This document shows positions 27,263 to 35,119 of a stretch of DNA of 64,000 nt, piece by piece. A program made the position numbers and the translations under genes. Source of the DNA: a virus; the IMG/VR virus record IMGVR_UViG_3300042731_004976, positions 32,001 through 96,000 of that record, one strand, 5' to 3'. The notes beneath the pieces were generated by a model that saw only the letters and a list, made by a program, of their open reading frames with translations, searched no databases and was not told the DNA's origin. Each line of letters starts with the position of its first letter. Positions within the stretch are counted from its first letter, which is position 1.

Positions 27263-27861
27263 AGCTCGACGACGTGAACCTTCTCCAGTTCGGAAACACG
27301 GTGCAACTCGTGGGGGCGATCTGGCAGGGCGAGGGCAAGACGTACCTCTGCATGTTCCCCGGCGAAGAGGTGCCTCGGGGCGAAGTTCGAGGAGTCGAGT
27401 TCCTCGACACAAGCCTCTTGGAAATGGATGCGGACGACTGGCAGCGCTTCCTTCGTCAGACCGACCTCATGGAGACCGAGGTGCTGGTCCAAGCAAAGGA
27501 CGGCACCACGACGAAGGCTATCCTTCGAAAGAGCGCTAGGCAGATCGATCAGGTCGTGTCATGGCGTGTGTTTCGTAGAGACGACTACACCTGTCGCTAC
27601 TGCGGCAAGGATGACGCGCCTCTGACTGTGGACCACCTCGTGCTTTGGGAAGAGGGCGGACCGAGCACCGAAGAGAACATGATCGCTGCGTGCAAGAAGT
27701 GCAATCGCAAGCGAGGCAACAAGCAGCTCGCGGAGTGGTTGACAGATCCCTACTTCCTTCGGATCAGTGAAGGGCTTTCAGCTTCTCAGCGGGGAGCACT
27801 ACACGCGCTCGTACCGAAGCTCGATTCTATCCCTCGCATGAAGCACAAGAGGTCTCGGTGA
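27259..27861 (+). CDS. HNH endonuclease
   Basis: VFRRD.YTCRYCG...TVDH....GG....N....C..CN..RG. Confidence 0.9.
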   Translation: MKLDDVNLLQFGNTVQLVGAIWQGEGKTYLCMFPGEEVPRGEVRGVEFLDTSLLEMDADDWQRFLRQTDLMETEVLVQAKDGTTTKAILRKSARQIDQVVSWRVFRRDDYTCRYCGKDDAPLTVDHLVLWEEGGPSTEENMIAACKKCNRKRGNKQLAEWLTDPYFLRISEGLSASQRGALHALVPKLDSIPRMKHKRSR

Positions 27862-28172
27862 CTCCTGACGTAGCAGAGCGCACGATCGCAATACTCGTGG
27901 TGCTGGTCGTAGTACTATCCGGTCTCGCCGTCGTTACCTGCATCTTTTGGAGTCGTGCACTACGGGAACTGAGTGCTGCTCGACTTCGAGCAGATCTAGC
28001 CGAGATCGATCGAGACTACGCCGAAGGGAAGGCTGAGAGAGCCGAAGAGCGCGTGAAGCATGCCGAGGTCATGAGAGAGTACTCTCGACAACGCGCAGCG
28101 ATACTACATGCGCTACTAGATCCTAGTTCCGTAACCATTGAGGTACGTCCCCGTGACGAAAAGCCCAACTGA
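27858..28172 (+). CDS. Membrane-anchored coiled-coil protein
   Basis: N-terminal TM helix. Confidence 0.55.
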   Translation: MTPDVAERTIAILVVLVVVLSGLAVVTCIFWSRALRELSAARLRADLAEIDRDYAEGKAERAEERVKHAEVMREYSRQRAAILHALLDPSSVTIEVRPRDEKPN

Positions 28173-28195
28173 GCTAGAGCGCAGAAAGGAAGCCC

Positions 28196-28420
28196 GTGGC
28201 CAAGCGACTACCTAAGCTCCCGCAGATCCGCGTCGTATGCTACGCGATGGACGGCGAGGAGATCAGCGATAGCGTCATCACGCTGGACAAGAGGGTGCTG
28301 AACAAGAAGCTCAGGCCACTCGACTTGTTCTACATTCTGAGTAGCGCGGGCGAGAAAGGTTCCGATCTAGTGACCTCCGCTTTCGAGTCTCTCATGACCC
28401 GTATGGGGATGCTCAAGTGA
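28196..28420 (+). CDS. Hypothetical protein
   Basis: 74-aa ORF with AAGGA RBS. Confidence 0.55.
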   Translation: MAKRLPKLPQIRVVCYAMDGEEISDSVITLDKRVLNKKLRPLDLFYILSSAGEKGSDLVTSAFESLMTRMGMLK

Positions 28421-28650
28421 TCTGTCCCTGCTGCTCTGCTCCTGCGATACGGACTCCGTTCCAGGACAAGTTCGAGGACGACGAGGAGGTCTTCTACTAT
28501 CTCGCGGCAGATCGCGACAGTTCCGCCGAGGTGTACGATGGAGATGTCGAGCGCTGGGAGTGCACGATGGACAAGGGACACGTGTTCTACTTGTCGACTG
28601 GTGCGGATGAGGAAGACGATGAGGACGAAAGAAGAGAGGACGCAGAGTAG
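28417..28650 (+). CDS. Zn-ribbon hypothetical protein
   Basis: CPCC...C....H; acidic tail. Confidence 0.55.
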   Translation: MICPCCSAPAIRTPFQDKFEDDEEVFYYLAADRDSSAEVYDGDVERWECTMDKGHVFYLSTGADEEDDEDERREDAE

Positions 28651-28653
28651 AAC

Positions 28654-29442
28654 ATGTCAAAGCTGATCATGAAGCACCGCTGCTGGTGCGGGAGCACGGA
28701 ATTCGAGATACCCGGGCCCGGGGAGGTCGTCTGCAAAAAGTGCTCTCGGGAACACGCCTACCAGGTCTTCTTCGCTGATGAAGAAGATCTGGTCTGCGCC
28801 TACTGCGACAAGCCGGCCAACTACGTGGCTTTGATCCCTTCAGTCTCCTTGTACGTGTGTGAGCAGCACAAGGACCGAACCGCGACATCGTGCCTAGTAC
28901 CTGTAGATGGTACGACGGCTCCCGACGGCACAGGTGGCTTTGCCTCTGAAGAAGCATCGAGCCCTGCCAGCGCTTCTCAGTCAACAGCGTCGAAAGCGGA
29001 CGAGAAGGGCCTCAAGTTGAGCCACCGACTCATCCTGCGCTTCGTCATGGAGTACGGGCGCTCGTTGAAAGCCTTCACTCGCTTGGAAGGATCTACAGAG
29101 CTAGCTACCATCGTGAACGAAGGGACGGTTCTGGCAGCGATCGGAGATTTGCTCGTGCTGGGTATGCGTATCGCAGAGCGACTCGGTTCTCCTAAGGAGG
29201 TGAGCGCCTACTTGGACGCGCACGAGGACGAGGACATAGAGCAGATTGCTCGCAGCAGGGAACAGCATTACCACCAAGCTCAGGAGATGCTGCACGAACG
29301 TATCAAGGGACAGGTTGAGGAGGTGCTTCTACGAGGAGATCCGTGCGCGAAGTGCGGGGCTCCCACGTGTCTCCAGTGCAAGACCTGCCACAGGTGCGAA
29401 GAGGCCAAGATCGAAGCCGCCAAGAAAGAGCAGCTCAACTGA
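28654..29442 (+). CDS. Multi-Zn-finger hypothetical protein
   Basis: Several CxxC pairs at both ends. Confidence 0.6.
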   Translation: MSKLIMKHRCWCGSTEFEIPGPGEVVCKKCSREHAYQVFFADEEDLVCAYCDKPANYVALIPSVSLYVCEQHKDRTATSCLVPVDGTTAPDGTGGFASEEASSPASASQSTASKADEKGLKLSHRLILRFVMEYGRSLKAFTRLEGSTELATIVNEGTVLAAIGDLLVLGMRIAERLGSPKEVSAYLDAHEDEDIEQIARSREQHYHQAQEMLHERIKGQVEEVLLRGDPCAKCGAPTCLQCKTCHRCEEAKIEAAKKEQLN

Positions 29443-30218
29443 TGAGCCAGGAAGTCGTGATCTGGTCGGGAGGTGCGGACTCTACGTATCTCCTCCACAA
29501 GCTGCTGACGAATTCGACGCAGCACTGGCCTGTGATCGCCTTGAGCATCGACAAGCACACCCAGCTGCATCAGGGACTTCTTGAAAAGCAGCGCGAAGCT
29601 CGCGAGAACTACAAGGCTTTCGTCAAGAAGAAGCACGTCGGATTCTTGAAACACCGCGTCGTGCGAGTTGAGACAGACGCGGCTCTCGACATAGGCAGTC
29701 AAGTAGCTCTCTGGATCTCCTCGCTGGTTCCGTACGTAGGCAAGGGACAGGAGCTGAACTTCGGCTACATTCGGGGAGACACCTTCTGGCACGAACGTAG
29801 GCACGCCGTAGCCATGATCGAAGCGATCCACTCTATCCACTACTACCCCAATGACGAAAAGATCACAGTCAAGTACCCCATCGAGTGGATGCAGAAACAC
29901 GAAGTTCTGGAGGGGTTGAAGAAGTTCGGTGTCCCGAACAAGTGTTGGTGGTCATGCGAGAAGCCCGAGAACGGAAAGGCGTGCGGTAGATGCGACAAGT
30001 GCTTGGAGCTGGAAGTCGGTCGCTTCGTGCTCAACGGGTCGAGAACCTATCGTCGGATAAACAAGCCAGGGAAGCTGTTGACGAAAGCCGTAGATGCCGA
30101 CGTGAAGCAAGCGCCTCAGCTAGACAAGGACTTCCAAAAGAAAAACGAGCCTGCGGTTCTAGGCGTCGGTCGCTCCATAGCCAAGAAGCGCAGCGCCAAG
30201 AGGAAGCGCAAGTCCTAG
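29442..30218 (+). CDS. queC: QueC-like PP-loop ATPase (7-cyano-7-deazaguanine synthase family)
   Basis: WSGGADST PP-loop; WSC.......CG.C.KC Zn site. Confidence 0.8.
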   Translation: MSQEVVIWSGGADSTYLLHKLLTNSTQHWPVIALSIDKHTQLHQGLLEKQREARENYKAFVKKKHVGFLKHRVVRVETDAALDIGSQVALWISSLVPYVGKGQELNFGYIRGDTFWHERRHAVAMIEAIHSIHYYPNDEKITVKYPIEWMQKHEVLEGLKKFGVPNKCWWSCEKPENGKACGRCDKCLELEVGRFVLNGSRTYRRINKPGKLLTKAVDADVKQAPQLDKDFQKKNEPAVLGVGRSIAKKRSAKRKRKS

Positions 30219-30298
30219 TACGGAAGTGCTACGTTCTCCTTGTCCATGCTCACCGAGATCTAGTCGATGCTGCTCGCTCTTGCCATCTACAGGTTGCC

Positions 30299-30535
30299 TT
30301 GAGCCCTCCGCCCGTCGAATGGCTGCCCGACGATCAGAGATGGCGGGCGCGTCTCGGACACGTGCACGCCGTGATCTACCGGATGGGTACTCGCTACACG
30401 TGGGAGGTCTGGAGGGACGACGATTCCGAGGAGCCCTGCGCTACGTGGGCTCCAGAGATTCCTGTGGACCTTGGAGGAGCAAAGAAAGGCGCGGAGATAG
30501 CTCTACGTCGCGCCTTCATGATCCCCAAACGCTAG
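30299..30535 (+). CDS. Hypothetical protein (start uncertain)
   Basis: 3' part of ORF 29990..30535. Confidence 0.35.
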   Translation: MSPPPVEWLPDDQRWRARLGHVHAVIYRMGTRYTWEVWRDDDSEEPCATWAPEIPVDLGGAKKGAEIALRRAFMIPKR

Positions 30536-30852
30536 CGGCAGCGTACGTGCTCGGTTGTCGAGAACAGCATGCCGAACTCGCCGCTTCCCAACTCGCAGTC
30601 CTGGTTGAGGGGCTCGCACTCGACCCAAGCAGAGAACGAGCTACACGGCGGTTGAGGGCACCGATTCCCGTGGGACTCGCTGAGGAGTTTCGAGAGCGTC
30701 TTCTCGCAATCCGCCTTGTCGACGGAACAGTGATCCTCCGCAGCATGATCCTCGGTGATGCTCTTGCAAAGAAGCTCTGGCTTCTCGGCCTCCTTGCAGG
30801 AAGAGAACAGAATCCCAACCAAGAACAGTACGGCGAGGGCTCGGAGCTTCAT
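30532..30852 (-). CDS. Cys-rich lipoprotein
   Basis: MKLRALAVLFLVGILFSS-C signal with lipobox. Confidence 0.65.
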   Translation of the reverse strand: MKLRALAVLFLVGILFSSCKEAEKPELLCKSITEDHAAEDHCSVDKADCEKTLSKLLSESHGNRCPQPPCSSFSAWVECEPLNQDCELGSGEFGMLFSTTEHVRCR

Positions 30853-30898
30853 GCGGTGCATGGTACCGTACTCACTACAGCAGGGCAAAGGACTAGGG

Positions 30899-31153
30899 AT
30901 GCTTCCTAGAACCGCGTTCGTTTTCACCTGCCGGGGCTGCGGCGAAGACGTGCTTCCCGCAGACGTTTGGGAACTTCAAGCGCTCAACGCGCAGTACCGA
31001 CCTACTGCTCTCAGGCTGCTCTCTTCTCTGCTGGACACCAACGCTAAGCGTGGGGTGCACCTGAAGCTCGTTAAGAAACCCGTAGGAAAGAGGATCAAGA
31101 TTGTTCGGGAGTGTTGCGGTCCTGTTGTGGAATCCCGCAAGGTAGTGTCTTGA
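30899..31153 (+). CDS. Hypothetical Zn-binding protein
   Basis: CRGC...CC. Confidence 0.45.
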   Translation: MLPRTAFVFTCRGCGEDVLPADVWELQALNAQYRPTALRLLSSLLDTNAKRGVHLKLVKKPVGKRIKIVRECCGPVVESRKVVS

Positions 31154-31154
31154 T

Positions 31155-31430
31155 CTACGTGCGATTTCTTCTGGGCACGTCTGCAATCACGTCGAGGTCC
31201 TCTGGCACGCCCTTGGTTCGGACTTCGCCCCCTTGAGGCCCCTGCCAGATGTACGTCATCGGTTCCCCGGGGCCGTTCCACTCGGTCTTCTTGAGCTTCC
31301 CCCTGAACTTACGCCCGCCGTGCGTGAAGCTGACTTCGGCATCTACGCTGATCCGAGGCTTCCGTTTCTCCAAGAGAGTTTTCGCAGACTCGACCATTTG
31401 CATGCCCTCGCGTACAGCGGCTCTATCCAT
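31155..31430 (-). CDS. Hypothetical protein with N-terminal LLE motif
   Basis: MDRAAVREGMQMVESAKTLLE start. Confidence 0.55.
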   Translation of the reverse strand: MDRAAVREGMQMVESAKTLLEKRKPRISVDAEVSFTHGGRKFRGKLKKTEWNGPGEPMTYIWQGPQGGEVRTKGVPEDLDVIADVPRRNRT

Positions 31431-31444
31431 GATCCTGGATACTA

Positions 31445-32167
31445 TCACGGTTCCTCCGAATAGACCTGACGAAGTATTCGTAGGTGCTCCGCATCTATCT
31501 GCCTCTCGGGGTGAGGCGTGAGAGCTACCTGCCGATCGATCATTTCTCCCCACGATCCCCAGATGCTCGGATCTGACGCACCTGCGTAAAGTGCCACGTC
31601 TGCTGCATAGAAAGCAGCGGGCTTGGTTTTTCCTCGGGCGGCAGCAGCGGCGCTCCTGTAGGCAGCATCACATGCTCGTACGGCGTTAGCGATCACTCGT
31701 CGATCGTCGTCTGTGAATCCTGAGCGTAACCGTTGGGCCAGCGCACGTGCCGTCTTCGAAGTCTGGGAAGCGCTCTCGCGGTCCTCCGTGATCGGCAATT
31801 CTTCTAGCTTCGGTACCTCGTCGTACAACCCCGCAGAGCGTAGTGCTCGGGGAGCCCCGACACGGCATGCCCAGTCCACAGCCAGAAAACTCCTGAGCTG
31901 CTCGTTATGTTTTGTGGATCTCGTGCCCAAGAAGGAACCGAGCCTGGGTAGGAAGATCTCGTGTCGGATGCGGTCTGGGATGATCCGTCCAGCGTTCGCT
32001 ACGCCTTCGGCGATGACCGGACAGACTGACGGAGGGTTTCCGAAAACTTCCCCTTCGAGGTAGGCGAGGATGCCGAGGACAGAGAATTCTCCGGTGTCCC
32101 TGTTGGTCCGTGCGCCGAGTGGAGGAATCGGTACCGAGCCTACCCCAGGTATCTCGATAGAGATCAC
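31445..32167 (-). CDS. Phage hypothetical protein
   Basis: P..VCPVI...D..R...L.P....GT...DW motif; Ala-rich. Confidence 0.6.
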   Translation of the reverse strand: MISIEIPGVGSVPIPPLGARTNRDTGEFSVLGILAYLEGEVFGNPPSVCPVIAEGVANAGRIIPDRIRHEIFLPRLGSFLGTRSTKHNEQLRSFLAVDWACRVGAPRALRSAGLYDEVPKLEELPITEDRESASQTSKTARALAQRLRSGFTDDDRRVIANAVRACDAAYRSAAAAARGKTKPAAFYAADVALYAGASDPSIWGSWGEMIDRQVALTPHPERQIDAEHLRILRQVYSEEP

Positions 32168-32177
32168 GCTCCAAGCT

Positions 32178-32735
32178 CTACAGCATCTCGAAGGTACTTG
32201 GCACTGTCTGACGAAACGTCAGGTTGATTCGTTCCCCCACAGGACGTGACGTCTTCGGTAACGTGTGCTGGTACTCGCGCTGCACGCCCTTGCCCATCAC
32301 GAGGAGCGTTCCGTCGTTCAGGTAGTAGTCCGTCTTCGAGTGACGGTCCGCTTTTCGTCTGAGGACGAACCGACGCGAGGCTCCGTAGCTCAGAGACGCC
32401 ACAACCGGGTCCGGCCCGAACAGTTCCTCGTCGTCAGAGTGCCATCCTACGGCGTCCTTCCCGTTCCGGTAGAGGTTGCACAGTACGGAATCGAAGGGCG
32501 CTCCTGCGGCCTCTGAGACGCGCTCTCGCAGTTCTTCGAGCCATGGAGGCATCGGGTCTGAAGGGAGCGTGAGACCGCTGTACGTGTACGCTACAGGCCC
32601 GTACCAGTGCACGAGACGAGGCTGGAGTACTTCGCGACCGAATACCCTGACGTTGTACTGCGCAAACGGGATCCTATCCCGGAGGTCTTCGAAGCGAACC
32701 CAGGCGCAGTGGGGAATGATGCGGCAGTCGATCAT
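32178..32735 (-). CDS. alkB: AlkB-family 2OG-Fe(II) dioxygenase (ALKBH2/3-like)
   Basis: PRL..WYG, YTYSG, NLYR.G.D.VGWHSDDE, H..PK, RINLTFR. Confidence 0.93.
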   Translation of the reverse strand: MIDCRIIPHCAWVRFEDLRDRIPFAQYNVRVFGREVLQPRLVHWYGPVAYTYSGLTLPSDPMPPWLEELRERVSEAAGAPFDSVLCNLYRNGKDAVGWHSDDEELFGPDPVVASLSYGASRRFVLRRKADRHSKTDYYLNDGTLLVMGKGVQREYQHTLPKTSRPVGERINLTFRQTVPSTFEML

Positions 32736-32944
32736 GCTGTGGGGAAGCGTTGCGATCCCAAGCACACGATGACACCACCCGAGCGCAGGGGACACCATTT
32801 CGGAGGCGACAGGGGCTTGGGAACCGTGCGGGTGTCCACTGACAGGGCTCGGTACTCGGCCGCCGCGCAGTGGGCTCTCATCGCTTCACTCTCGTTCTGA
32901 CGGAACGGGCATTCGGTGCAGTGCTTGACCTGTAGCTCTTTCAC
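32732..32944 (-). CDS. Small Cys-rich protein
   Basis: C.ECPF...C...P.WCPL. Confidence 0.6.
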   Translation of the reverse strand: MKELQVKHCTECPFRQNESEAMRAHCAAAEYRALSVDTRTVPKPLSPPKWCPLRSGGVIVCLGSQRFPTA

Positions 32945-33015
32945 GATCCCCTAGCCTACATCACTCAGCAGCCAAACCCGCCATCTGGGCGTCCAGACGC
33001 TCCAAATAGGGATTG

Positions 33016-33261
33016 TCAAGCAGAGATCGGATCCTTCTCTGCCTCGTTCCAGGTCCAACCGGACGCCCGTTCCACCAGGTCTCTGGCCGCTTCGTACGTC
33101 AACTGACCCCCTAGGCGCTGTTGCATGTGCCGCACCGCGAAGGGCTTGAGTGCGGGGGAGAGGCCCCCCTTGGCGATCATAGCGTCCGCGCGCTGATCTA
33201 GGGATTCCCATTCCTCGACGAGTCTCTTGGCCAGTCCGTGTACTTCCTCAGCGCTCTTCAT
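33016..33261 (-). CDS. Hypothetical protein
   Basis: ATG 33261 within ORF 33016..33351. Confidence 0.55.
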   Translation of the reverse strand: MKSAEEVHGLAKRLVEEWESLDQRADAMIAKGGLSPALKPFAVRHMQQRLGGQLTYEAARDLVERASGWTWNEAEKDPISA

Positions 33262-33292
33262 TGTGCCCCTCGTAGGTTTTCGCCTTGCGGCG

Positions 33293-33598
33293 TCAAGTCG
33301 GCCGCTTGGAGTGAACGATCCACCCTCGTCGGGCTTCGTACTCCATGTCAACGTCGAGCAGTTCTCGGATGACCTTCTGGATCATCGAGTACTCGCTCTC
33401 ATGCCGATAGCGAGAGTCCGCCAGACGGTTGAACAGCATCCGGTTGTCTGCCGTCGTGATCTCGTGGAGCACATCCTCTGCGAAGAGCCAGGTGCGTCCG
33501 CCTCCACGGATGCTCTCCACGATGATCATTTCTCCTTGGAGTCCTACGAAACGCATGATGTCGCCACCACGCAGTAGGCACAACGCTCCCGTCTTCAC
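33293..33598 (-). CDS. Hypothetical protein
   Basis: GTGA coupling. Confidence 0.55.
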   Translation of the reverse strand: MKTGALCLLRGGDIMRFVGLQGEMIIVESIRGGGRTWLFAEDVLHEITTADNRMLFNRLADSRYRHESEYSMIQKVIRELLDVDMEYEARRGWIVHSKRPT

Positions 33599-34044
33599 GG
33601 ATCGCTCCTACCCTTGGCGTGCTCCAACTCGGCAGGAGCCTCGACGACCTTGTAGAAGGTACCTCCGGAGAAGCTGGTGATGCGATCCCGGTACTTCTGC
33701 AAGACGTCCCGAATACCGTCTCGCCACGTGGAGTCGTGGTACCAGTAGCGGCGCCACTCCTCAGCCCCCTCGTCGTAGTCCTTCCCGGGCTTGATGCCGA
33801 TGCACTCTCCATCGTCTCCGTATGCCAGATCGTCCGGAGAGATCACGTTCCACCGCTCGCGAGCGTAGACGCCGACGTAGTTGAGCGGACCGTACAGGAG
33901 TAGGTCTAGATAGCGGTACCCTTCCTCCTTATCGAAGTCGATGCGGGTCCGGAAAGTGACCAGAAGAGAATGGCCGTCCTTCTGGAACTTCCCCACCTTC
34001 TCCTCGAAGGTCTGAGCCAGCATGTAGGCAACGAGGTCACGCAT
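33595..34044 (-). CDS. Hypothetical protein
   Basis: ATG 34044, 6 nt after a -10 box. Confidence 0.6.
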   Translation of the reverse strand: MRDLVAYMLAQTFEEKVGKFQKDGHSLLVTFRTRIDFDKEEGYRYLDLLLYGPLNYVGVYARERWNVISPDDLAYGDDGECIGIKPGKDYDEGAEEWRRYWYHDSTWRDGIRDVLQKYRDRITSFSGGTFYKVVEAPAELEHAKGRSDP

Positions 34045-34050
34045 GCTCAA

Positions 34051-34079
34051 ACCCTACCCCAAAGGATTGGGATTGTCAA
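34051..34079 (-). promoter_or_regulatory. Sigma70-type promoter
   Basis: TTGACA-N17-TAGGGT on the minus strand. Confidence 0.75.
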
Positions 34080-34261
34080 GAGGAGAGCTTGACCTTCTTC
34101 TCTTCGAAGAACTTGAGCAGCTCTTCTAGCTCGGGCTCCGTGAGCACCATGGTTCCCGCAATGCACGCGAGGAACCTGATCTCGTAGGTGTCCATACGCA
34201 GCAGCGAGCTATCGAGCCACGTGAGTAGCTTCCGACGCTCCCGTCGTTCGGCGTCCTTCAT
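34076..34261 (-). CDS. Hypothetical protein
   Basis: ATGA coupling at 34258-34261. Confidence 0.5.
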   Translation of the reverse strand: MKDAERRERRKLLTWLDSSLLRMDTYEIRFLACIAGTMVLTEPELEELLKFFEEKKVKLSS

Positions 34262-34665
34262 GCTCCGTCCTTCGCTTCGATGCCGAACTCCTTGAAGAGA
34301 CACGCACGCAGGGCCGCACACTCGTCTTTCGTTAACTCTCCGATGTGTTCGAATCCTAGCGCCTTCCTCATCCACGCATACGCCTGACCTCGCTTCATGG
34401 AAGCTTCCTTGCCCTTCCACAGCTGATCAAAAGCAGCGTGCGCTAAGATACGAGCTGCCTTGGTCTCCCGGTTCGCTGGGATTCCCAAAGGCTTGCCATC
34501 TGCGTGAGCCCCGTGCGTCCCTCGACATGCAGGGAACCGAGAGCACCCGTAGAAGAAGCCATGCCCTGCGAAGCGGTGAGAGCGACGTAGGCGCATAGGC
34601 GCTCTGCACTCTCCGCAGAAGATCTCGTACTCTCGGGCGGGAGGCGGTTCCGCCTCATCTGGCAT
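34258..34665 (-). CDS. DUF3268-like/topoisomerase-type Zn-finger protein
   Basis: C.EC...M.LR, FYGCS.FP.C, G.H...PLG.PA, R..AH..FD.LW, AY.W. Confidence 0.75.
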   Translation of the reverse strand: MPDEAEPPPAREYEIFCGECRAPMRLRRSHRFAGHGFFYGCSRFPACRGTHGAHADGKPLGIPANRETKAARILAHAAFDQLWKGKEASMKRGQAYAWMRKALGFEHIGELTKDECAALRACLFKEFGIEAKDGA

Positions 34666-34690
34666 CTCTTCGACGGGAGGTGCGGCCCAA

Positions 34691-35119
34691 CTAGGGCGTT
34701 GCGGACTTTTCTTTGACGTCGTCGAGCCAGTCGTCCGGAAGGAAGTTCTCGATGAAGAAGGTGTGGAGGGTCTGCTCATCGGAGATCTTTTGTCGTAGCT
34801 CCTTGTAGCCACTTATCCCCGGACCCATATCATCAAAGGCCGCCATAGTCAAGGGAGTGAACTCCCAGACCACAGGCTGCCCGTCGTCTCCGATGTTGTT
34901 CTTGTCGACGATTTGAACGCCATCCTCTGTGTCTTTGGGATCTCCGAGGATGTAGTGAGGACGTTCGGTATTCGTGACGAACTGGACACCCTTCGTCATC
35001 TCACCCGTCTCTTCGAGAGGGTACTCGACGGGTTTCACCCCCATCGCTACTGCGCTCCCATAGACGAAGTTGTGGGACTTGTCCCGGTATCGGTAGACGG
35101 CGTACGGATCCAAAGGCAT
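34691..35119 (-). CDS. Hypothetical acidic protein coupled to the large kinase/ART gene
   Basis: TGATG overlap at 35119. Confidence 0.65.
   Translation of the reverse strand: MPLDPYAVYRYRDKSHNFVYGSAVAMGVKPVEYPLEETGEMTKGVQFVTNTERPHYILGDPKDTEDGVQIVDKNNIGDDGQPVVWEFTPLTMAAFDDMGPGISGYKELRQKISDEQTLHTFFIENFLPDDWLDDVKEKSATP

Noticed and set aside
32990-33019. CTTGACAATC on the minus strand as a full promoter
   Set aside because: No -10 box at 17 nt spacing; it was counted only as a motif copy.
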